Origin: a virus
Strand: one strand, 5' to 3'
DNA: 64,000 bases
Virus record (IMG/VR): IMGVR_UViG_3300032315_000647
Coordinates: 50,746 to 114,745 of that record
Under the pieces are notes generated by a model. That model ran no database searches. It saw only the letters and a list, made by a program, of their open reading frames with translations, and had not been told where the DNA came from. Both the position numbers and the translations under genes were made by a program. Positions 39,101 through 46,395 of the stretch are shown here, one piece after another (within the stretch, counting starts at the first letter, position 1; each line of letters opens with the position of its first letter).

Positions 39101-39525
39101 CAATATATTTCAGTGCTACAGTTTGTTATTCTGTGCGCCACCTTATGAATTGGATAGTCAATATTAAAATTAAGGCAAGGAGCATTTACAATGACACGAT
39201 AGACACAATCATTATTCTCCATATATCCAATCTGACTGTCTCCAGTATCTGGATTGGTGACAAAGAATATATGTTTATTCTTCTCTTGGATGAAATGTTT
39301 ACCTATAAGTATAAATCCAGAAGGGAATGTAACACAAAGCTCATTCCCTGGTTCATTCTGATAGTTTACAGAATTGGCATCAAAGTTCTCAACAGCTGCA
39401 TTTAGTGCATAAGTGAGCGATCCCTTTTGAACTTGATTAAGGGTCTGGTCCATGTTAAGACCAGTGGTAGCATTGTTATACTCCTGTCTAACGTTACCTT
39501 GTTCTTGTTCAGCCATTGTAATCAA
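33187..39525 (-). CDS. Tail stabilisation/muzzle protein (P22 gp10-like, crAss type) with C-terminal Thr-rich mucin-like extension
   Basis: 2112 aa; GLNMD..YALNA N-terminus, IYWTDGYN, GYLRDEVYAFEI, FGGDTFINRF, WISFHSYLP motifs; position after the ring protein; last ~630 aa are Thr tracts plus Cys modules. Confidence 0.8.
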   Translation of the reverse strand: MITMAEQEQGNVRQEYNNATTGLNMDQTLNQVQKGSLTYALNAAVENFDANSVNYQNEPGNELCVTFPSGFILIGKHFIQEKNKHIFFVTNPDTGDSQIGYMENNDCVYRVIVNAPCLNFNIDYPIHKVAHRITNCSTEIYWTDGYNSRRYLDIDNVPKILKSGTPFCSASYTDDLDCNQLKIQPNFKIPQLEIVDVTSTGNLIAGTYQFAIQYSDAQGNPYTSYYSITNPTPIADEFITTPNFNYPVGKSIIINVSNLEDTGLYQNFNLAVIKTINAITSVELVGTYDINDVQRQITYTGQNVTQIRLSIDDVFEKFPYYDVAQDITNAQDVLIWDNLTSIDRVNYQGIANQISLQWQTYKLPADENYADELNATNLRGYLRDEVYAFEIVFLLKNGKQTDGFHIPGRIKNANELSQPDVPDTNPDFIGTPDYTSGGVGYSPYWKIYNTASVTGSATGVNIGNATPYQYGDFAYWESTDLYPCNKEVWGDLANTPIRHHKFPDVLVSPIFESGAYTLSPNIPVVMQDVSVFPIGVKIDISQIESLISLSNLTVEQKENIAGFKIVRGNRSTNKSIVAKGILRNIGKYKREETEYYFPNYPYNDLREDPFLLEENNAYNEECLTFEFTCATSGYYEYTSCSDNSLQTAEMFANQKYTQCSTTTPVPVPGSGGTFLADPIVLQYDTYYVSCDGIFANFSYVDIYNNVQSFLLLTRQNRTLQVKIGTSPSVGSHVGGYTIRQLSDGSVGANEYCLPNQLKAFDTDSSKYRYVFNSPETSFGQPFLGNVLKIESAIFGAGRGHHVQVQEHALYKLLSYQAQLDALTSSENIAGTDIVALFTAYQAYLSIYINGITRRNYTYSFNSIANYDYSANVDNNLGVKQRSLDIARYLIPGVQNTGDDLDVNNYNRESSVYIKTKETLSALPYAQNTPNLLVGGITPAITDDSRYTVSQRNLCSSPEKQSEIKVVSYYGSMKTIFPNQWGQIYSYETIDTGYQQLLDNTTPNTDVVFGGDTFINRFTFKTKLPFFIDNRVGAPDDSDIFYDEIGNVAYPKYWFSARSVLFNFDPTVALDPLTNIISIKAHYFDCPNSQFPKPDPNATPPVLNPDRTFYDGKMYLFAYGIPNFYCESSVNVDLRQAFNNAEGDFWPRVSSAIPDSWLQETSVPIAQDNTYYYNTTYSKQNRENTFTHLPVDWDKPCFTYYPFRAVYSDPQNIDSDNRVNSWLIYRPLSYYDFPQNYGNLISLDGIQNKAVLARFENKTLMYNNLLTIDTSNPQAAYVGSPTLFRGAPPIDFAETDLGYVGTQNKMLLKIPQGQVTIDAKRGQVFLITGTQAVDLSAFGSGMNRFFTDHLAFEILRYFPNVPTDNHFTGVGLHGVYDSKYDRVIITKLDYIPKTTDVKYDAEENEFYIDKMYDSLSIREVIYLTDDRYFCNKSWTVSFNFNTKSWISFHSYLPNWYIGENNFFYSGINGCCDDFDVILGTPGPIPSTTSTTTAIQYTSTSTTSSTSTTTTTSTSSTTTTTTSTSSTTTTSSSTTTTSTTTTQVPTTTTTSTTESPITTTTTSTTIIEPTTTTTTTIPPITTTTTSTSTTIAPITTTTTSSTTETPTTTTTSTTETPTTTTTTTTEAPLVCYEYSILNSSGVQQTAQWTDCCSGVTTTEILDNGSSINVCSRDIPSGTGLIITGGTTECQNSCVTTTTTSTSSSTTTTTTSTTNMPSTTTSTTTELPTTTTTTTTEPPSTTTTTSTTELITTTTTTSTTEPITTTTTSTTTQPATTTTTTTVEPVTTTTSTTQPITTTTTTTTEFITTTTTTTTQPVTTTTTTTESPTTTTTTTTEPTTTTTTTTIEVTTTTTSSTTSSSTSTTTSTTTELIEYIYNAQWCSNPLENALFLSNDGGIVGQSFFYDGKCWLITDTSSGEPIANVPSTVYETCVDCENSNITTTTTTTTVLYLLVDGYIGKNLNCCPVPLARIPTGDKYSNCQVPVLGCILYNSNGTPYQTIAYTYNNICYETNSSGVIISVFDCSATTTTTTTTEPPTTTTTTTAGERYYLATQYLNCVQNGGVNESIIYSLSPITQSWVCGDDGYQYELGPETSPTSPYVTAQSSANSCGTLSC
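33400..35080 (-). repeat. Thr-rich (TTTTTT-E/Q-P) coding tracts separated by small Cys-rich modules
   Basis: (ACN)n codons, seen as gtt/gta/gtg runs on the + strand. Confidence 0.9.
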
Positions 39526-40493
39526 TTATTTCTACGCCATCCGTACCTATTGGTTCGGTTAGGTAGTTCATACCTATTAAACCTGTTCAAATCATTCTTA
39601 ATCCTACGTTGCTTAGTCCAAGCATCCTGCTTCTTAATCTCAATATCAGCCATGATGAATGCTTCATCAGCTTGCTGCTTGTAGAAAACAAGCTTTGATT
39701 GAAGCTGATTGAATGTTTCATCATTAGTCTGATGTGTGAGAGTTTCTATCACCTTATATTTAATAAAGGCCTCAACATACTCTCTGATACGATAGTTATC
39801 AGGAATTAACTGATTACCCACTTTATCATATTCTGTAGCATAGAACAATAAATGAACAATACCATTTCGGAAGTTTGTTACAAATTTATTATCTCTAATA
39901 TCAAATGAATCGTATCCTGAAGAACCAGGAGTGAACTGGTTAAGAGGTGGGGCTTCTTGATAGAATTCCCAATTACTTGTATAATCAACACCACAGTTTT
40001 TCTGTGCGGAGATATTACCAGGTTTGAGTAGATATTCCTTTCGATAGACAACAGCTGCTTGGTTATTACTTTTGTACACAGCTTGCACTAGATTGGGCAT
40101 GCACTTAGGGCAAAACTCTTGACCACAATTTCCTGCTTCACAAGGATTACCGTGCACAATTACAGGACTCACCTGAATTGTTGTAGAACTAGCAGCTTGT
40201 GAATAGAAAGAGTTAGCTTGTTGATATGGATAACCATTTACAGCTGTGCAAAGCCAAGCTTCACGAACAGCATAGAAGTTATCTGGAAGTCTGGCTTGAT
40301 AGTCAGATATATGAAGGATGTCTTCAGAAATTACATATGTTGTCCTGCCTAACTTTCTGAGACATTTGTCTAGATAAGTGGGGAACATCAAGTCATCAAC
40401 AGCACCTGTATCAAAATAGCTTTTGAATTCCTCTTTAACAATGGAATACACAGGTTCTGGGCTGACAAAATTATATTTGTAATAGTATGACAT
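39522..40493 (-). CDS. Tail ring/adaptor protein (P22 gp4-like tail tubular, crAss type)
   Basis: Immediately upstream of the muzzle; ISDYQARLPDNFY and LIPDNYRIREYVEAFIKYK motifs. Confidence 0.6.
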   Translation of the reverse strand: MSYYYKYNFVSPEPVYSIVKEEFKSYFDTGAVDDLMFPTYLDKCLRKLGRTTYVISEDILHISDYQARLPDNFYAVREAWLCTAVNGYPYQQANSFYSQAASSTTIQVSPVIVHGNPCEAGNCGQEFCPKCMPNLVQAVYKSNNQAAVVYRKEYLLKPGNISAQKNCGVDYTSNWEFYQEAPPLNQFTPGSSGYDSFDIRDNKFVTNFRNGIVHLLFYATEYDKVGNQLIPDNYRIREYVEAFIKYKVIETLTHQTNDETFNQLQSKLVFYKQQADEAFIMADIEIKKQDAWTKQRRIKNDLNRFNRYELPNRTNRYGWRRNN

Positions 40494-40500
40494 TGTTTAT

Positions 40501-40974
40501 TTACTTTTTCCATTCGTGATACATGTGTTGGTATTTATCACTAACTTTTAAATAATGGGATAGAAGTCTAGAAGTGTTTCTTGAAGGTTTAAAATACCAC
40601 AGATTAGATTGTCTAAATCTAGCCGTATCTTTAAACCACATCCATCCAAAGAAGTAACCTTCAGTGTGAAAATTGAAATTGTAAATTCTCTTCCCTTTCT
40701 CTTTTGTCTTTTTCCAGTCAATAGGAAGATTTACAAACTCATCGTTAGAACCTTTTAGTTTCCTTCTCTTCTTTTTATTGATGGAAAATTCACCAAACCC
40801 AAAAGGAAGTTTTGCTCTTTCTCCTGTTTCAAGAATGTATTCCTTGAAAGCATCATTGAAGGAGTAGACGATGTTTCTCCACTCGTCAAAGGTGAGCTTT
40901 ATAGACGGATGTTTCTTACAGAAACTGTTGTAGTTTTCTTTACTAGCGCTTCTCCAATCAATCTTCACTCTCAT
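40501..40974 (-). CDS. IHF/HU-like DNA-binding protein (crAss structural-module type)
   Basis: KLPFGFGEFSINKKKR HU-like motif; IDWKKTKE..IYNFNFHTEGY; basic. Confidence 0.65.
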   Translation of the reverse strand: MRVKIDWRSASKENYNSFCKKHPSIKLTFDEWRNIVYSFNDAFKEYILETGERAKLPFGFGEFSINKKKRRKLKGSNDEFVNLPIDWKKTKEKGKRIYNFNFHTEGYFFGWMWFKDTARFRQSNLWYFKPSRNTSRLLSHYLKVSDKYQHMYHEWKK

Positions 40975-40977
40975 GTA

Positions 40978-41706
40978 TCATCTCAAGTTTGGAGCGTTAG
41001 GTGCTTGACCATCAACCCCGTCACTTGTGATATCTGTCTTCAGTCTGAAATATGTAGACAGAAGTTTTTGAGAAGTGAGTTCTAAAACCTGCTTTTCCAA
41101 ATAACCAGGAACAGGTGATTCCTTATCAAGAGGATTTTTACAAAGCTCTTCTACGGTGTACGAAGGACTTCCACATCCACATTCGGGATACATTATATTG
41201 TTTGGAACATCTTCCTCAAAAAGAGCAACAAGTCTGATGGCTTTCAATAGAGGATTGTTCACATAGAGATAACCATTGGAAACCCAGTAGTATTCTTCAT
41301 TCTTAACGATGGGAAGTTTGAGCAGATTTATATATCGGTTGATAGTTATTTCTTTAAGTTTCTTTCCCTGTCCACTCATGATGTTTATAGAATAGACACC
41401 CTGAATAACATATTGATAATTACCTTCTGTAATTCTAGGGAGTTTGAATTTTGTTCTAGAAACAGAGCAAGGATCTACATAATCGCAACATTCAGAAATA
41501 GAAACTTCTACCATTTCCAAACAAGGGATGGTGGTAAAAACTGTATCAGTTGCCCACAGCTTCCTAAGATTAGTCTCACGCTTTATCAAAAGGAAGGCAT
41601 TATTCTTAATTTCAGACATGACAGCTCTATCCGTGATCAAGTTGTCTGTAGAGAGCAACTTGTGCATAGAGCGAACATCTGAAACTAACTTCCTATAAGT
41701 TGACAT
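40978..41706 (-). CDS. Tail ring protein (crAss type)
   Basis: 242 aa; synteny with the IHF-like gene and second ring protein; TIPCLEMVEV..CC and YYWVSNGYLYV motifs. Confidence 0.55.
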   Translation of the reverse strand: MSTYRKLVSDVRSMHKLLSTDNLITDRAVMSEIKNNAFLLIKRETNLRKLWATDTVFTTIPCLEMVEVSISECCDYVDPCSVSRTKFKLPRITEGNYQYVIQGVYSINIMSGQGKKLKEITINRYINLLKLPIVKNEEYYWVSNGYLYVNNPLLKAIRLVALFEEDVPNNIMYPECGCGSPSYTVEELCKNPLDKESPVPGYLEKQVLELTSQKLLSTYFRLKTDITSDGVDGQAPNAPNLR

Positions 41707-42956
41707 TATAAATACTGTTTGAATATGTTTGTTATCCCATTATCAAAGTCTATTAAAAATCCTGTTATCTCTCCTTTGGTAGTTATATATCCATTCTTAT
41801 CATCCCAAGTGCTTCTTGCTTTTGAGAAAGCTGGAAGCTGATAGAACTTAATACCATTAAAGTCCAAGCTCATCTCATGATGTTTATCACCAGTGAATAC
41901 ATAGAAATTATCATGATTTGACCATTCATCTTTGTATTCTATTGGAAATATATGAGCAAGCTTGGCAGGTTTTATAGCATCACCATGATTGAACATTATT
42001 GCAGAACTACCATAGCTAACATACTTCCTGTATCTAGGAGATATGTCAAAGAACACACGACTTTCATTTTTGTAATATGCTTTTAACCAACTGGCTAAAT
42101 GCCATCCAACGTACTCATCATGATTTCCAGAAACAAATATTACGTCTACATTTGCTCCCTCCTGAAGAAGAAGGTTTATGACGCATATCTCATGATCGCA
42201 GATTGCCTGAAAAGAGTCATAATATGGAAGGATGTTCTTTTGAGGAGTTCCTTTTGTAGTTGTACCAGTGAATTCACTGTTAAACTCGTCAGACCCTATG
42301 ATGTACATAATGTCTGTAAGATTACTAGATAGGGAAGCTTGATCTAGAATTATATTAACCTTTTCAATGAATCCATTAAATCGGTCTTCAATATTATTAT
42401 CTCCTCCTATGTCTAGCTTATCTAAATGAGAGTCCTGCTTGTTTATTATTAAACAGCCGTTTGGTTTTTTCAAATCAAACTTTGGAGCAGTTACATTAAG
42501 AGAAGATGGTTTATAGTTCTCTAGAAATGAAATGAAGTTGTCTTGGAACAACTTCTCTTCATTTTTTCTACTTAACCACGCTTTTACTTGATAGTGAGGA
42601 CTTTGAACATTTCCCCAGTAGTTCTGTACGTATTTAGTTATTTCCCATACCTCTGTATCAATCTTGCATTTTGCAATCAGATCATCTAGGTCTTTAATCT
42701 CTTCTTTGGAATTGATTACAATCTCACCTGTTTTTTTCTTAATGTCCTCAGAAAACTTTACAACATGATCCTCAAGTTCTCCAATATAACTAGCAGTTTC
42801 TGCATCAGTTCTCGCAATTTGTGAATTGCGAAGCTCAACCATTAAATCATCCACATCATCCTCACTGATGTTCAGCTTATCTGCATAATATTTTTTACTC
42901 TTCTTCCAATGAAGCATTTGCTCAAGTTGAAATAGAAGAGATTGATTATCAGGCAT
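41706..42956 (-). CDS. Calcineurin-like metallophosphoesterase with N-terminal HTH-like region
   Basis: DSH, GSDEFN, SGNHD, FNHGD and GDKHH metal-binding motifs. Confidence 0.8.
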   Translation of the reverse strand: MPDNQSLLFQLEQMLHWKKSKKYYADKLNISEDDVDDLMVELRNSQIARTDAETASYIGELEDHVVKFSEDIKKKTGEIVINSKEEIKDLDDLIAKCKIDTEVWEITKYVQNYWGNVQSPHYQVKAWLSRKNEEKLFQDNFISFLENYKPSSLNVTAPKFDLKKPNGCLIINKQDSHLDKLDIGGDNNIEDRFNGFIEKVNIILDQASLSSNLTDIMYIIGSDEFNSEFTGTTTKGTPQKNILPYYDSFQAICDHEICVINLLLQEGANVDVIFVSGNHDEYVGWHLASWLKAYYKNESRVFFDISPRYRKYVSYGSSAIMFNHGDAIKPAKLAHIFPIEYKDEWSNHDNFYVFTGDKHHEMSLDFNGIKFYQLPAFSKARSTWDDKNGYITTKGEITGFLIDFDNGITNIFKQYL

Positions 42957-42984
42957 TTAGGATATCGTTTGATTAAAATTGCAG

Positions 42985-43060
42985 TAAAGATATAAAAAAG
43001 TTTCTATATTTTCCAAATTATTTTAACCAAATAAGTTATTGCAAATAACCAATTTAGTTA
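42985..43060 (-). promoter_or_regulatory. Promoter (-7 TATCTTTA, -33 TTTG) with two TAAC-N7-GTTA palindromes
   Basis: TAAAGATA at 42985-42992 and CAAA at 43014 (21-nt spacer); TAACCAAATAAGTTA at 43024 and TAACCAATTTAGTTA at 43046. Confidence 0.65.
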
Positions 43061-43096
43061 TAAAATAAAACTCCCCAGGGTAGAAACCCCAGGGAG
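43061..43096 (-). terminator. Intrinsic terminator
   Basis: Minus strand CTCCCTGGGG-TTTCTA-CCCTGGGGAG followed by TTTTATTTT. Confidence 0.8.
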
Positions 43097-43136
43097 AAAC
43101 TCTGAAAACCAACAAACAGAGTTTTTATATTTTATT

Positions 43137-44234
43137 TTAACATTGTGCAGTGCTCAAACCAATGATTACACCTGTTGATGAATTTATATCCCAGTTTGAA
43201 CCATTCATGAACACATTTGCATAACCGACTAATGTCAGTAGTGGCGCACTGTTATTAGTGTAAACTGTACATCCTGCACCAAATGTGATAGTAGAACAAT
43301 ATGAATATAGAGTTCTGTTGTTTATTGCTGCATCATCACATGCTTCTGCATAATCTTGTCCTACTCCACTTCCAGTAAATTCTTTCAGAGTGGGTTCTGT
43401 AGTAGTGGTAGTAGTTGTGGATGAAGCAACTGAACAATCACCTGCAGTGGTACAATTTGTTCCCAAAGGTGTAAGAACATGACTTGGAACAGGTCCAACA
43501 GCACAGCTAGTTCCGAAAGAAACTGTAATACCAGCGGTGTATTCAGCTTGAACACACAGATAGATTGTTGATTCTACAGGAACAACAGTACATACAGGCA
43601 CTTCTGTACTACCTCCACATTCATAATAAGAGACTGAAATATCCACACTATCTGTATTTTGAATGCTGTAACACAAACAAGGTGCTGCTGTAGTAGTTGA
43701 TGTTGTTGTACTGCTTGTAGAAGTGGTAGTGCTACTTGTAGAAGTTGTACTACTAGTTGTTGTAGAAGTGGTGCTACTAGTAGTGCTAGTAGTTGTACTA
43801 CTTGTAGAAGTGGTTGTACTGTCTATTATTGTAGTGCTTGTCGTAGTGGTGGTTAAAGGTATGATTGTAGAAGTGGTAGTTGTAGTTGTGTTGCTAATTG
43901 GTGTAGTTGTTGTTGTTGTTGTAGGTAAAAGAGTTGTACTAGTGCTTGTAGTAGTTGTTGTACCTATAGGAACAGTTGTAGTTGTGCTAGTTGTACAACA
44001 GTTTTCTATTGTTTGTTGTAGAATATCAATCTGTTCTTGTAAAGAACAAATTTGTTCATCTACCTTTTGAAGCGCAACAGTTACTGTGTCACAAGTTCGT
44101 ATGTTTGTACAGGGCAGGTTGGGCCCGCTGTATGTAACATAATCTGTAGGAATCGGTTGTGCATTGCAAGGATCTCCACAATGAGATGAGGATCCTCCTT
44201 GTGAACAACACGGATTTTGTGGAAGAAATACCAT
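43137..44234 (-). CDS. Fibre/decoration protein with Thr/Ser-rich stalk and Cys-rich modules
   Basis: 365 aa; N-terminal YSGPNLPCTNIRTCD..LQK adaptor, coiled coil, ~100-aa Thr/Ser tract, two C-terminal modules. Confidence 0.7.
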   Translation of the reverse strand: MVFLPQNPCCSQGGSSSHCGDPCNAQPIPTDYVTYSGPNLPCTNIRTCDTVTVALQKVDEQICSLQEQIDILQQTIENCCTTSTTTTVPIGTTTTTSTSTTLLPTTTTTTTPISNTTTTTTSTIIPLTTTTTSTTIIDSTTTSTSSTTTSTTSSTTSTTTSSTTSTSSTTTSTSSTTTSTTTAAPCLCYSIQNTDSVDISVSYYECGGSTEVPVCTVVPVESTIYLCVQAEYTAGITVSFGTSCAVGPVPSHVLTPLGTNCTTAGDCSVASSTTTTTTTEPTLKEFTGSGVGQDYAEACDDAAINNRTLYSYCSTITFGAGCTVYTNNSAPLLTLVGYANVFMNGSNWDINSSTGVIIGLSTAQC

Positions 44235-44255
44235 TTTATGATAGTAGTTTAACTG

Positions 44256-45365
44256 TTAAGGAATATACATAATGTAGTAGCACCCTATAGCAGGTTGATT
44301 GTTAGGATGGGATTGTCCACCACCAGTGCTTGTCACAGTTATGGTGGCAAATCCAGTGGTTACATCACTCAAACCAGCTATAGGAGTTGTGAAAACATTT
44401 CCTCCTAAATCAGTGGTAGAGTTGAATGTAGGATAGACTGCTGCACCATTAGGAGCTGTAGATCCAGAAGTGGTTCCTGTAATTTTGTGCTGGTGACCAC
44501 TATCTGTAGCTGTGTGCGTGTGTGATGGAATTTGAGAAGTGCTAAGACTAATATAATTAGCTCCTGCTTTTGTCATCAGTGAGTAACTTGGATTCAGTGG
44601 ATTTGCAGGATCTACTGCAGCATCCAAAGGTCCTCCACCCATACCTGATGTAGCACCTATAGGAACTCTACCTCTTTTATCAGGAGTGGTAAAACCGTTA
44701 AACGTGTTACCGTTACACAAGTAGATTTTCTCCCAATCACCTAGTCCAGCTCCAGATACATCAAACTTACCAGTCAAATCACCGTAGTATTCCACCACTG
44801 TAAAAGGCACCATGCGTGTGTAATACTTTGTGGATCCCAAACCAGAAAGATATGCTGCAATAAGAGCATCTAGATCTGCAAGCTTTACATAACTTGTTTC
44901 TACAGTGAGAGCAAGAGCATCAAGTTCAACTTCCAGTGCACAAAGTTTATTGATTGCTGCCTGAAGGATGGCATGAGTTCCAGAAGTGCTAGTCACACCT
45001 GTAAGACAGCTAACTGTATAGGATCCTTCTAAAGCAGCAAAGTCTTCCTCAAGAGCGACAACTCTCTCTTCAAGTTCACAAATAGCTTTTATAAGTGCTT
45101 GAATTATATTAGGAAGTGTAAGGTCGTCACACGCCACTAAGTATTTACTTACTATCTCACAAATAATTGATTGATCAATTGTAAGTTTTATACCTGTACC
45201 GTCTAATGTAGAAAGCAGAAATGTAATAAGAGCTTGCTCAACTTGCAAAAGAGAATCTCCTGTTTCAATTCCTAAAGTGGGAACGCTAAGACCTGTGTAC
45301 CTGACACATTGGTCAGATGTAGTTTCTACACATCCGTTATAACAATTTGAACAGTTATTGGACAT
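44256..45365 (-). CDS. Tail fibre/collar-domain protein
   Basis: GWEKIYLCNG..TPDKRGRVPIG and LSTSQIPSHTH...GGGQSHPNNQPAIGCYYIM phage tail-collar signature. Confidence 0.8.
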   Translation of the reverse strand: MSNNCSNCYNGCVETTSDQCVRYTGLSVPTLGIETGDSLLQVEQALITFLLSTLDGTGIKLTIDQSIICEIVSKYLVACDDLTLPNIIQALIKAICELEERVVALEEDFAALEGSYTVSCLTGVTSTSGTHAILQAAINKLCALEVELDALALTVETSYVKLADLDALIAAYLSGLGSTKYYTRMVPFTVVEYYGDLTGKFDVSGAGLGDWEKIYLCNGNTFNGFTTPDKRGRVPIGATSGMGGGPLDAAVDPANPLNPSYSLMTKAGANYISLSTSQIPSHTHTATDSGHQHKITGTTSGSTAPNGAAVYPTFNSTTDLGGNVFTTPIAGLSDVTTGFATITVTSTGGGQSHPNNQPAIGCYYIMYIP

Positions 45366-45632
45366 TTATTTATATTTTAGAATTTTCACTCTACTTGCTA
45401 TCATGTTAACTGTATAGCAACTAGCATAACTAGGATTAAAATACTTATAAATAAGTATTCTTCTATAGTTTATGAGATCCAACATTGCCTCTGCAGGCAC
45501 AGGTTGGTTCAACATAAACGAAATGTTATTATACAAATTCTTTCCAAGCTCTGTCAACCTGCAATCTATCTCAAGGATGAGTGCAGGTATATTAGCGCAT
45601 TCTGGACAACTTGTAAGTCTGGGTGATAGCAT
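45366..45632 (-). CDS. Small structural protein (tail-hub-like by synteny)
   Basis: 88 aa in the structural operon. Confidence 0.55.
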   Translation of the reverse strand: MLSPRLTSCPECANIPALILEIDCRLTELGKNLYNNISFMLNQPVPAEAMLDLINYRRILIYKYFNPSYASCYTVNMIASRVKILKYK

Positions 45633-45744
45633 TTCCTATAAGTTTTCGTCCTTGTTTTAAAGCAGCGTTACATGCAGCACAAAGACCATTAATTAATTGA
45701 CATCCGCATCCAACGTTAGCCCCACATTTTTTACAGCTAGCCAT
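45592..45744 (-). CDS. Small Cys-rich protein (50 aa, CxxC-GCGC-CxxC)
   Basis: Not in ORF track; my translation MASCKKCGANVGCGCQLINGLCAACNAALKQGRKLIGNAITQTYKLSRMR; starts 1 nt after the previous stop and fills an otherwise empty gap. Confidence 0.65.
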   Translation of the reverse strand: MASCKKCGANVGCGCQLINGLCAACNAALKQGRKLIGNAITQTYKLSRMR

Positions 45745-45745
45745 A

Positions 45746-46309
45746 TTAATAGAAGTTTATAATATAATTATTTCCAGAACAACCGCAGTTATTCCTGATA
45801 AAATTATCTAACATCATGTCTGCTTGAGCGTATAATTTTTGTGACTCATTTATTGCACAGTTATTAGCTGCAGCAACTGATCCTTGTATGAAGAAATAGA
45901 TAGTGTTCAAATTCACTTTAGCCTGTGTTTTGATTGCCATATCGCATTCCATCATGTCAAGTTTCATAAATGCACTGTCAAACTTTTCCTGTATCTGCTC
46001 AACACGAATAAAAGACCTCTCAACAAAGTTTTTATACGCAGGAGCTACGGAATACTTCAGATGATAAACTCCATCAGGCAGTGGTTGATACACGCCCACA
46101 GGACTTATTCCTAAGTTTGACGTAGTGTATATGTTAAAATCATTAACGCTGAAAGGTTTCATGAATGTTCCAAATCCAGGAACATTTATCTCAATGGTGG
46201 GACTATCTACAACAGGAGGATCAGTTGGGTAGATGGACGCATCAGCAACTCCTAGCGTTGTTGTATTATATGTAGGAATCACCAATATGTCTAATTTCAA
46301 ATCTGCCAT
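45746..46309 (-). CDS. Structural protein (tail-hub-like by synteny)
   Basis: 187 aa; LPDGVYHLKYSV motif; follows the auxiliary capsid gene. Confidence 0.55.
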   Translation of the reverse strand: MADLKLDILVIPTYNTTTLGVADASIYPTDPPVVDSPTIEINVPGFGTFMKPFSVNDFNIYTTSNLGISPVGVYQPLPDGVYHLKYSVAPAYKNFVERSFIRVEQIQEKFDSAFMKLDMMECDMAIKTQAKVNLNTIYFFIQGSVAAANNCAINESQKLYAQADMMLDNFIRNNCGCSGNNYIINFY

Positions 46310-46323
46310 GTTGTTTTAAATAA

Positions 46324-46367
46324 TTAAGCCAGAGGATTGAGTTTTAATCCTCTCACCTCTGGCTTAG
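46324..46367 (-). terminator. Stem-loop after the auxiliary capsid gene (terminator or stabiliser)
   Basis: TAAGCCAGAGG...CCTCTGGCTTA inverted repeat. Confidence 0.6.
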
Positions 46368-46395
46368 GTTATGTGATATTGTTTCCTTATTACCC

